Below are positions 9,532 through 17,746 of a DNA stretch of 38,077 bases, piece after piece. This DNA is from Patescibacteria group bacterium UBA6017 (GTDB taxonomy: Bacteria; Patescibacteriota; Saccharimonadia; UBA4664). Under the pieces are notes generated by a model. The model was not told the origin of the DNA. It did no database searches and was given only the letters and a program-made list of their open reading frames with translations. The number at the start of each line of letters is the position of its first letter. Within the stretch, counting starts at the first letter, position 1. The DNA is taken from the NCBI GenBank assembly GCA_002429485.1, contig DIZX01000011.1, positions 1 through 38,077 of the forward strand, written 5' to 3'. Position numbers and translations under genes: made by a program.

Positions 9532-9940
9532 ATGGGGAGCATAAGCACAAAATTTAGTCGTGCGGAGATATGGCTCACATCCCATGTGTCCAATAGCCAG
9601 TACTGAGCCACCCAAACCCGGGCGGCTCTTTTGAAATCCAGAAAGAAAGGCACCTCAACAACTTCAAGGTTCTACCTGCGCCAACCAGGCACAGGAAGCT
9701 CGCGGAGATCCCGCGAAGATCAGAGGGGTAACCCATGAAGTTCACAGCGACCACCGGCAGCGATATCCAGCGGCCAATGAAAGGAGGTAGGGCCTAGCCA
9801 GCTCTGCTCCACCAATCTCGCTGCCCATGCGCATGGGTTGCCGGCGGGGGACATGAACCGCTGGTAGGCACTATCTACCTTCTCGCACACTGGAGGTCGC
9901 CCAAGGAGGTGTGGGGCGCAAGTTGCGTCCCACACCTCCA
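9532..9940 (+). ncRNA. Candidate structured non-coding RNA of unknown family
   Basis: Upstream promoter, many local and long-range helices, closing hairpin at 9905-9939, no credible ORF. Confidence 0.4.
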
Positions 9941-9993
9941 AAAATACTCACTCGCATGCCACCGTCTGCAAGTACTCGAGCTATAATATTTAT

Positions 9994-11244
9994 ATGTCAC
10001 CGCAAATTATTACTGTCAGCGAATTTCTGACCATCATCAACGAAACCCTCAACTTCGCCTACCCCCAAGTGGTCGTGGAAGGGGAAGTATCGGGGTTCAA
10101 AATCAGCCAAGGCAAATTTGCCTTTTTCGACCTCAAAGACGACAAAAGCCTCCTCGGCTGCTTCATGATGGCCCGCGATATCAAACTGCCCATCGAAGAC
10201 GGGATGAAAATTCGCGTCACCGGAGCGCCCAAAGTATTTCCGAAATCCAGCCGCTTTAGCCTCACCGTGCGCGACATCGAGCTCGCAGGGGAAGGGGAGT
10301 TGCGCCGCGCCATGGAGCTGCTCAAGAAGAAACTTACCGCCGAAGGCCTGTTTGACCCCGCCCGCAAGCGGCCCATCCCGAAATTCCCGACTCGCATCGG
10401 GCTTATAACCTCGGGAACCTCGGCGGCCTATGGCGACTTCATCAAAATTCTCGGCAGCCGCTGGAGCGGCGTCGAGGTGCTGCTGGCCGATGTGAGCGTT
10501 CAGGGTCTACAGGCGCCGGACCAGATTATCGGCGCGCTGGAATACTTCAATCACCTCAGCCCGCCCGTCGACGTAGTGGTATTAATTCGCGGCGGTGGCT
10601 CACTCGAAGATCTCATTGCCTTCTCTACCGAGCCGGTAGCGCGCGCCGTAGCCGCCAGCCGCACGCCGATCGTTGTCGGGGTGGGGCATGAAGTTGACGT
10701 GTCGCTGGCCGACTACGCCGCCGACCTGCGCGCTGCCACCCCCACCGACGCCGCCAGACTAGTGGTACCCGACCGCGCCGAAGTCTTGGCACATATCGAG
10801 CACCTCACCTCCCTTCAGGGCACCGCTCTGGGCGCCAGAGCGTCCGAATACCGACTTCGCACCGACCGCGCGCTGAGCCGCCTCGAATCAGCCCTGCGCT
10901 ACCCGCGCGAACGCGTAGCTGCCTATGAGGCCAAACTTGAGCGCGGCCTCGACCGCCTGCTCGCTACTGCCCGGTCGCACGCCCAAGCCACCGCCACCCT
11001 CCAGCGCCGCCTCACCGACCGCACAGCCGTGACCTTGGCCGAACGCCACCAGCGCATTGCGAGCCTCGGACGGGTTCTGCGAGGCTTCGATCCTCAGGGA
11101 GTTCTGGCGCGCGGCTACGCCATCGTGCGGACGAACGATAAAATCCTCCGCCAAGCCGATCAGGCGGCACCTGGCATGGGCCTCGTGATACAATTATCCA
11201 AAGGTCATATTGCTGCGGAGGTTAAAAATATCGATGACAACTAA
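9994..11244 (+). CDS. xseA: Exodeoxyribonuclease VII large subunit
   Basis: VEGEVSGFK OB fold, GLFDPARKRPIP, RGGGSLEDL, GVGHEVD, TPT, VLARGYAIV. Confidence 0.96.
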   Translation: MSPQIITVSEFLTIINETLNFAYPQVVVEGEVSGFKISQGKFAFFDLKDDKSLLGCFMMARDIKLPIEDGMKIRVTGAPKVFPKSSRFSLTVRDIELAGEGELRRAMELLKKKLTAEGLFDPARKRPIPKFPTRIGLITSGTSAAYGDFIKILGSRWSGVEVLLADVSVQGLQAPDQIIGALEYFNHLSPPVDVVVLIRGGGSLEDLIAFSTEPVARAVAASRTPIVVGVGHEVDVSLADYAADLRAATPTDAARLVVPDRAEVLAHIEHLTSLQGTALGARASEYRLRTDRALSRLESALRYPRERVAAYEAKLERGLDRLLATARSHAQATATLQRRLTDRTAVTLAERHQRIASLGRVLRGFDPQGVLARGYAIVRTNDKILRQADQAAPGMGLVIQLSKGHIAAEVKNIDDN

Positions 11245-11512
11245 GCCATTTGAGTTCGAAAAAGCCCTTAAAGAGCTAGAAGCCATAACGGCCTGGTTCG
11301 AAAACACCGATGTCGATCTCGACTTGGGGCTCGAAAAGTTTGAGCGCGGCATGGAACTTGCGGGTGAGCTAAAAACCCACCTCGCTTCGGTTGAAAATCG
11401 TGTCGAGAAAATCCGCCAGCGCTTCTCGGCCGCAGGACCCAGCTCTAATCCCGTCGAATCCGAAAACCCGCCCTTCGATTCCCAAGACCAAACCGACCTC
11501 TTCGGAGCCTAA
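11234..11512 (+). CDS. xseB: Exodeoxyribonuclease VII small subunit
   Basis: FEKALKELEAITAWFE...LEKFERGMEL; GGAGG RBS before ATG 11234; overlaps the xseA end. Confidence 0.92.
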   Translation: MTTKPFEFEKALKELEAITAWFENTDVDLDLGLEKFERGMELAGELKTHLASVENRVEKIRQRFSAAGPSSNPVESENPPFDSQDQTDLFGA

Positions 11513-11513
11513 A

Positions 11514-12020
11514 TTGCTAATTTTCGTCCTGCTATTGCTCGTAATACCCTTTGGCCTCGGCGCCATCCTCGGTGCACCCTACGTTCCGATATTGCATCGC
11601 GATAGCGAGCGCATCCTGAAACTATCAGGCCTAAAACCGGGCCAGACTCTGGTCGATCTCGGTTCCGGCGACGGACGACTAATGCGGGCTGCCGCCGCCC
11701 AGGGAATTCGCTGCATCGGCTACGAAATCAATCCATATCTCGTATGGATCTCTCGATTGGTATGCTGGCGCTACCGTAAACTCGTCACCGTTCACACGGC
11801 CGACCTCTGGAGCATCAAATTGCCCCCGGCCGACGTTATTTATATCTTTATCCTTGAGCGCTACATGGAACGCTTGGAGCAAAAATTCACTACTGAACTT
11901 ACTCATCCAACGACCGTAATATCGTATATTTTTCGGCTCCCGTCCAAGACACCGATTCACCAGACACACAACACCTACACCTACGAGTTCGGTTCCGACG
12001 CACATACAGGCTTGAAGTAA
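11514..12020 (+). CDS. Membrane-anchored class I SAM methyltransferase (FAM173-like)
   Basis: TTG start after GGAG; N-terminal TM, GAPYVP, VDLGSGDGR, GYEINP. Confidence 0.8.
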   Translation: MLIFVLLLLVIPFGLGAILGAPYVPILHRDSERILKLSGLKPGQTLVDLGSGDGRLMRAAAAQGIRCIGYEINPYLVWISRLVCWRYRKLVTVHTADLWSIKLPPADVIYIFILERYMERLEQKFTTELTHPTTVISYIFRLPSKTPIHQTHNTYTYEFGSDAHTGLK

Positions 12021-12051
12021 CCGTGATGGCGTTGTAGCATAAGTATTAACG

Positions 12052-12747
12052 ATGAATATTCAACCACTTACGCCCGGAAGTACCGGGCCATTTAGCACAA
12101 CTCCGAGCGGAGGCAGCAGTAGCAGTCCCATACTCATAGTATTTCTTGTCATACTAGGACTCGGCACTGTTACGTTCGGCGTTCTCACGGTGAACTTCTC
12201 AAACCAGGCCTCTACAGCCCAGAAGACCCTCACGCAGCAAAAAGCCGTTGCCGCTGCCGCCGCTCGCGACGATCAGAAGAAAATCGACGATATTAATTAC
12301 ACCAAGGTAAACGAGTCGCCATTTCGCGCCTACACGGCACCCGAAGAGTTCGGATCGTTCATAGTCAATTTCCCAAAAAACTGGAGTAGTTACGCCAAAG
12401 AACAAAGCTCAGGTACTCAAGTGAGCCTAGCCCTCAACCCCGACTTTGTCCGTAATACCAATGGCCAAGACAACACCACTGCAGTCCGCGTAATGCTGAT
12501 AACCAGCACCCAGGAACAGTACCTAAATCAGTACACCGCCACCATCAAATCCGGCGCTACCAAAAAGACCAGCATCACAGTCTCCGGGCAGCCTGCCTAT
12601 GACATCACCGGAAAGTTTAACGGCCGCAAAACGATCCGCGAAGTAGTAGTACCAATCCGCGATAAAGTCCTGGTATTTAGCAATGAATCCCCTCAGTATG
12701 CTTCGGAATTCAACTCCGTACTTAGCCAAGCCAAGATTATCCCCTGA
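12052..12747 (+). CDS. Single-TM membrane protein with a possible PsbP/Mog1-like extracellular domain
   Basis: TM at about aa 27-48; FIVNFPKNW, ITVSGQPA and C-terminal EFNSVLSQ patterns. Confidence 0.6.
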   Translation: MNIQPLTPGSTGPFSTTPSGGSSSSPILIVFLVILGLGTVTFGVLTVNFSNQASTAQKTLTQQKAVAAAAARDDQKKIDDINYTKVNESPFRAYTAPEEFGSFIVNFPKNWSSYAKEQSSGTQVSLALNPDFVRNTNGQDNTTAVRVMLITSTQEQYLNQYTATIKSGATKKTSITVSGQPAYDITGKFNGRKTIREVVVPIRDKVLVFSNESPQYASEFNSVLSQAKIIP

Positions 12748-12817
12748 TAATTCATCCGTCTCATGCTTGAGTGTTGCAACACCAAAGTGCTACCTTTAGT
12801 AGCAGAAAGGTGGCACA

Positions 12818-15800
12818 GTGCGCGAAGTGTCTACTCAAAAATCTCCCGTCAGCAAGTCAACGCTTAATCTCGTCGACCTCAGTCAGATGATTACCGCGCT
12901 TAGCGCGGCAAAAACGCCTACCCAATATCTCCAGAAAGCCTGCGAATCGCTCAGCCGTGTACTCGACGCTCCCGTGAGCGGCTTTTTGCTTAACCCTGCC
13001 GATACTCAACCAATACTTGCCGAACGGTCACTTCCGGCCGACCTGCATGCCACCATCGATTATCCGCAAGATCTAACCCCCGGCGATGCACTTTCAAACT
13101 GGATACAGCGAACATCAGTTCAGGCAGCGTCCAAGACTCTCGCGAGTCAACCCGAATTGCATCTGCTCGAATGGCAGGGGGAGCAGTTTGGCGGCATCGT
13201 TATCTGGAGCTCAGTAGAGCAATCAGCTGAGTATCAAGCCAATCTGCTGTTCGTGATTGCGCAAATTGCCGCCAATATCAAGACTCTCCTCCTTAGCGAA
13301 TCTGCCAAAACCAGCCAAGCCGAATCCGCTACCTTGGACAAAATAACCCAGGCTATCACTGGCTCGCTCGATTTCGACAAAGTCTCATCCTCGCTGCTCC
13401 ATCACGCCCAAAAGTTTTTCCACGTTGACGCCGCCGGTCTCGCTCTGGCATCCCCCGACGGCAGCGAATACTACTTTGACCAATCAATCGGTCTCTCACC
13501 CGAATACTCCGCCAAGATACACGTCAAGAGTGACTCCGACATTATCACACAGCTAATCGAGACCAACGGCCCAATCCAGGTAAATACCAAGGAAAACGCC
13601 CCCATCTCCGGCGATCCGGCCCTACTCCGCAAAGAGGGCCTCAAATCATTCATGCTTACACCGATCTTTTCCAAAGGCTCTCTCGTGGGTGCGCTCGCTC
13701 TGATCTCCAAGACCACCCGCACTTTTACTCCTGCTGAATATAAGTTCAGCCAGAGTCTCTCCGAATACGCTGCCATCGCCTTCGCCAACGCCAACATGCA
13801 CGCCAATCTACGCAAAGCCTCGAATGAAATCGAGCAGACCCGCAACCTCATGCGTGACGGACTATTGGTGTTCGATCTCGAACGCCGTCTGCACTATTTC
13901 AATGCCGCGGCCGGCGCCGTACTGGGCCTGAAATCCGAACACCTCATGAAGCATTTTCCATCACGGTCCATCAAAGCTATTCCCGGACTCAAAATTGATA
14001 CCGTAGAACTCGAACAAACACTAGATAAAGCTCTCCAGGGCCACGTCAGCCGCACCCAATTCTCGGTCGAAGACCACGATACCGAGCACTACGAGGCAAT
14101 CTACTCGCCCTATCGAGACAACAGCGGCGAACTCATCGGCGTATTGATGAATGTTCGCGATATAACCGCCTTATATCTGGAAAAAGAAAAACTCCAAGCA
14201 ATTCAAAACGGAATTTCGGACGGATTAATTCTGATCGGGGAAGACGGCATTACCATCGAGCACAACGATGAATGGATGCAGCTGTTTGATCATCAGAAAG
14301 AAATTCTCGGTCTCCCGTTCTCCGAATCGCTCGCCTCCTGCAAGAACTTCACCTTCGACCATGACCCCGATGAACTCATCCGCGATGCGTTGAGGGGCAG
14401 GGGCGTGCCTTGCTACGCCCACGACGTTGAGCATGGACGGCACATTCAAATCTCGGTCAATCCGATCATGGCGGACGAGCGCGTAACCGGCGTCGTGGCA
14501 ACGGCCAGAGACATTACGTCTCTCGTGGAAAAGACCGTCGAATCCAACGAGATGGCGGCCAAAGCTCATCGGCACCTTCGGGAACTTTCGCAGCTAGCCG
14601 AACTCTCGGGAATCGTTGGCTTTAACGTATCTAGTATCTATCAGAAGTACCTGTCCAAAACCGCCACTTTGCTTGAATCCGCCTCGGTCAGTCTGTACCT
14701 GTACGACCCTAACAAGCAATTGCTCGTCCAAGACCAAGCCACCAACCCCGACCCCAGCGACACCCCCACGCTCGAACTAAGCTCAAAGCATATAGTCGCC
14801 AAAGCCTTTGCCTCCAGGCAGCCAATATCTATTCAAGGAGAGAACCGGCAGCATCACCGCCTGGCTTTACCGATCACCCACCACTCCAAGACGCTTGGCG
14901 TACTGCTCGTGAGCCGTACCGGCGATGCCTATGGCGAGCACGAGGCCCAATTGCTGCGCATGGTCGCCACCCGTCTAGCGGTGTTGGTAGAAAACGCCGG
15001 TCTCTATCACGATGTCAACGCCCGACGCGAGCGCTGGGAAGCGGTATTTAGGTTTACCGAAGAGGGGATTGTGGTTTTCGATCGCACCGGAACCATCGTC
15101 GGCTTTAATCCGGCCTGTACCCAGATTACCCAATACAACCCCTCTGAAGTCATCGGCGAGCCCTTCAACCGGATAATCAAGACCGTTGGGGCCGATACGA
15201 TCAGCGGCAACAATATCGGCCCAATTGAGCGTGTCCTCGAAGAGGGGGTCACCATCGCCAAAAGCGAACAACTAATCGAAAACCGCGCCGGCGTGAGAGT
15301 TTGGACCGAAATCAGCTACTCCCCGATATTTAACGACGCCGGGCGAGTCACCTCCGGCATCGCCATCATCCGCAACACCTCCAAAGACCGTGAGGTAGAA
15401 GAGATCAAGAGTGACTTCATCTCAATCGTCTCGCACGAGCTCCGCACCCCCCTAACCGCCATCAAAGGCTTCCTTTCGATGACCCTCAAGAATGATTTTG
15501 GCCCCCTGAACGAAAAACAATTTCACTACTTGAGCCGAGTCTATCAATCCAACCAACGTATGATCGATCTGGTGGAAGACCTCATGGATGCTACTTATAT
15601 CGAATCGGGCAAAATTACGCTCTCGATAGCCCCCGTAGCCCTCGACAGCGTCGTATCTAACGTGATCTCGGAATTGGCCGCCAAGGGCGCTGCCAGCCAA
15701 ATTCTCATCAAAGTCCGGCGCCGCCAGCGGCTGCCGCTAGTTCTGGCCGACGAAACCCGGCTGCATCAGATCATTCTCAATCTCATCGACAACGCCATCA

Positions 15801-16105
15801 AGTACTCGATGCCCGGAACCGAGGTCATCGTGAGCTTCCGTACGCAAGAAGATGAGCTTATTACCACCATCAGCGACAGCGGTGTTGGCATCGGCAAGAG
15901 CCAGATCGACCGGCTATTCACCAAATTTGGCCGTATCTTCAACCCGCTGAGCGTTCAGGCGGGCGGAACCGGCCTCGGCCTATATATCGTAAAAAACCTC
16001 GTGGAATCGCACGACGGGCGTATATGGGTGACCAGCCAAGAGGGGAGAGGCAGTAAATTCAACTTCAGTCTACCCATTGCTAAGCAATTACCGCTTATCG
16101 AGTAG
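12818..16105 (+). CDS. Soluble multi-GAF/PAS sensor histidine kinase
   Basis: SHELRTPLT H-box, NLIDNAIKY, DSGVGI, GTGLGL; three PAS-like segments (DGLLVFD, DGLILIG, EGIVVFD) and GAF-like segments; no clear TM. Confidence 0.93.
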   Translation: MREVSTQKSPVSKSTLNLVDLSQMITALSAAKTPTQYLQKACESLSRVLDAPVSGFLLNPADTQPILAERSLPADLHATIDYPQDLTPGDALSNWIQRTSVQAASKTLASQPELHLLEWQGEQFGGIVIWSSVEQSAEYQANLLFVIAQIAANIKTLLLSESAKTSQAESATLDKITQAITGSLDFDKVSSSLLHHAQKFFHVDAAGLALASPDGSEYYFDQSIGLSPEYSAKIHVKSDSDIITQLIETNGPIQVNTKENAPISGDPALLRKEGLKSFMLTPIFSKGSLVGALALISKTTRTFTPAEYKFSQSLSEYAAIAFANANMHANLRKASNEIEQTRNLMRDGLLVFDLERRLHYFNAAAGAVLGLKSEHLMKHFPSRSIKAIPGLKIDTVELEQTLDKALQGHVSRTQFSVEDHDTEHYEAIYSPYRDNSGELIGVLMNVRDITALYLEKEKLQAIQNGISDGLILIGEDGITIEHNDEWMQLFDHQKEILGLPFSESLASCKNFTFDHDPDELIRDALRGRGVPCYAHDVEHGRHIQISVNPIMADERVTGVVATARDITSLVEKTVESNEMAAKAHRHLRELSQLAELSGIVGFNVSSIYQKYLSKTATLLESASVSLYLYDPNKQLLVQDQATNPDPSDTPTLELSSKHIVAKAFASRQPISIQGENRQHHRLALPITHHSKTLGVLLVSRTGDAYGEHEAQLLRMVATRLAVLVENAGLYHDVNARRERWEAVFRFTEEGIVVFDRTGTIVGFNPACTQITQYNPSEVIGEPFNRIIKTVGADTISGNNIGPIERVLEEGVTIAKSEQLIENRAGVRVWTEISYSPIFNDAGRVTSGIAIIRNTSKDREVEEIKSDFISIVSHELRTPLTAIKGFLSMTLKNDFGPLNEKQFHYLSRVYQSNQRMIDLVEDLMDATYIESGKITLSIAPVALDSVVSNVISELAAKGAASQILIKVRRRQRLPLVLADETRLHQIILNLIDNAIKYSMPGTEVIVSFRTQEDELITTISDSGVGIGKSQIDRLFTKFGRIFNPLSVQAGGTGLGLYIVKNLVESHDGRIWVTSQEGRGSKFNFSLPIAKQLPLIE

Positions 16106-16152
16106 CCTCATGTCCGCAGGTTTGTTAAACTATCACTATAGAGGAACCCAAT

Positions 16153-16560
16153 ATGGCAAAAATATTACTGGTCGAAGACGACACTATCCTGGTTGAAATG
16201 TATCAAGCCAAATTTGAGCTCGAAGGCCACCAGGTGTCCGTGGCTACAAACGGCGAAGAGTGCCTAGAGATTCTTAAGGATTTTCAGCCGGAACTCATCC
16301 TGCTAGACATCTTGATGCCCAAACTCAACGGTTTTCATGTACTCAAAGAAATCAAGAAGCAGCCGGATCTGCGTCAGATCCCGGTGATTTTACTGACTAA
16401 TCTCGGCCAGGCTGAGGTCGACATGAACCAGGAGCTGGCCAAAGCCCTCGGCGTGAACGACTATCTCATCAAGAGCCACCACACACCCGACGAAGTCGTC
16501 CAAAAGGCCGTTAAGGTCCTCGGAAACTCCGGGCACAAAACCGCTCCCACTGAAAAATAG
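16153..16560 (+). CDS. Single-domain response regulator (receiver only)
   Basis: KILLVEDD, LILLDILMP, LLTNL, YLIKS. Confidence 0.92.
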   Translation: MAKILLVEDDTILVEMYQAKFELEGHQVSVATNGEECLEILKDFQPELILLDILMPKLNGFHVLKEIKKQPDLRQIPVILLTNLGQAEVDMNQELAKALGVNDYLIKSHHTPDEVVQKAVKVLGNSGHKTAPTEK

Positions 16561-16584
16561 CACTGTACACAATCAAAATGTACG

Positions 16585-16632
16585 CAAAAGTTACTAAGAT
16601 TAAATATGCATATAAAATCTTAGTAACTTTTG
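16585..16632. repeat. 48-bp AT-rich near-perfect palindrome
   Basis: CAAAAGTTACTAAGATT-aa-ATATGCATAT-aa-AATCTTAGTAACTTTTG. Confidence 0.9.
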
Positions 16633-16693
16633 GAATATAGATACGGACAGTTCGAAAATATCACCTGCGCCATCACAGGTATACTTATAAGTA

Positions 16694-17437
16694 ATGCCCG
16701 GCAAACCCTCGTATAAAACCAAAGCCATAGTCATCGGCCGCGTCAATTTTGGCGAAGCCGACCGAGTGGTGCGCTTTCTCACCCCCGAACACGGCAAGCT
16801 AGCCGCCGTCGCCAAGGGTGTGCGCCGAATAAAGTCCCGCTTCGGCGGCCACCTGGAGTTATTCGGCGAAGTGGAGCTCATGCTCACCGAGGGACGCAAT
16901 CTGGACACCATCACATCGGCCCGCCTCATCTGGTATCCCAATCAGATAGCCAGCAATTACGACCGTCTTGGAATGGCTTTTCTCATCGCCAAAGCTGTCG
17001 ACCGGCTCACAGAGCCCGATCATCCCGCCGCCGCCCTCTACGCTATGGTCCGTGAGGCGCTTGCCGCCCTCGATTCCGGCGCCGCCGGAGCCCTATTCGA
17101 GCTGTGGTTCAAACTCCGACTGCTCGAAACCCTCGGCTACCGGCCAGAGCTGGGCAGCTGTATGATCTGCGCCCAGAACTCACCTGAGGCTCGCTACAGC
17201 TTTAGCACCGAACGAGGCGGCATTGTGTGCGCCAGCGACTCAAGCCCCTTAGATGTGCCCATGTCGGCCCTGCAAATCAAGTTCTGGCGCTTGCTTTGTG
17301 ACTATCCTTATGTCACAATATCCCACATTGACGATGCCGCCGCCCTCGCCCAGCAGACACTTTATCTATGCGACGGCTTTTACGAACATCACCTCGGAAG
17401 TCAATTCAGACCAACGCTTACTGGAGAATCAGCATGA
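16694..17437 (+). CDS. recO: DNA repair protein RecO
   Basis: FGEADRVVRFLTPEHGKLAAVAKGVRR, LGYRPELGSCMIC, GGIVC. Confidence 0.95.
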   Translation: MPGKPSYKTKAIVIGRVNFGEADRVVRFLTPEHGKLAAVAKGVRRIKSRFGGHLELFGEVELMLTEGRNLDTITSARLIWYPNQIASNYDRLGMAFLIAKAVDRLTEPDHPAAALYAMVREALAALDSGAAGALFELWFKLRLLETLGYRPELGSCMICAQNSPEARYSFSTERGGIVCASDSSPLDVPMSALQIKFWRLLCDYPYVTISHIDDAAALAQQTLYLCDGFYEHHLGSQFRPTLTGESA

Positions 17438-17736
17438 ACCCCACCTCTGAACTCAGCTGGAAACTCGAAGACTACATCGCAGCGGGCAGCGAACCGCCTC
17501 AGCGTATCATCGACAACCCCGGCCAGACCGAGGGGGAAATGCTGACCGATGATGAGCTCGAACAATACCTCAAGGATTCAATCGCCACCTGCCGCATAAT
17601 GCTCGACAAACGCTCACCGCGCTACGAGTTGGTGGTAGCCGGCTATGTCGCCGATCTCACATACCTGTTAAGCCTTGGACGAATCACCGAGGACGACTAT
17701 AATGAGCTCACCGAGCCAGACAATATTAGGTTCTAG
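17434..17736 (+). CDS. Small acidic hypothetical protein (100 aa)
   Basis: GGAG RBS, ATGA overlap with the recO stop, fills the gap before glyQS. Confidence 0.7.
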   Translation: MNPTSELSWKLEDYIAAGSEPPQRIIDNPGQTEGEMLTDDELEQYLKDSIATCRIMLDKRSPRYELVVAGYVADLTYLLSLGRITEDDYNELTEPDNIRF

Positions 17737-17746
17737 AAAGAAATAT

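Noticed and set aside
9533-9814. GGGG... start and ...CTCCACCA end suggesting tmRNA or tRNA-Ala
   Set aside because: The acceptor stems do not pair in register, there is no T-loop (GTTCRA), and no plausible tag peptide ending in AA
9718-9900. Resemblance to a lysine riboswitch (AGAGG...TGAAAGG...GGAG)
   Set aside because: The AGUA and GCCGAA elements and the P1 stem are missing, and the downstream gene xseA is unrelated
9720-9941. 73-aa minus-strand ORF, and the 80-aa ORF at 9411-9653
   Set aside because: No RBS, no recognisable motifs; they start inside hairpins or run across the promoters
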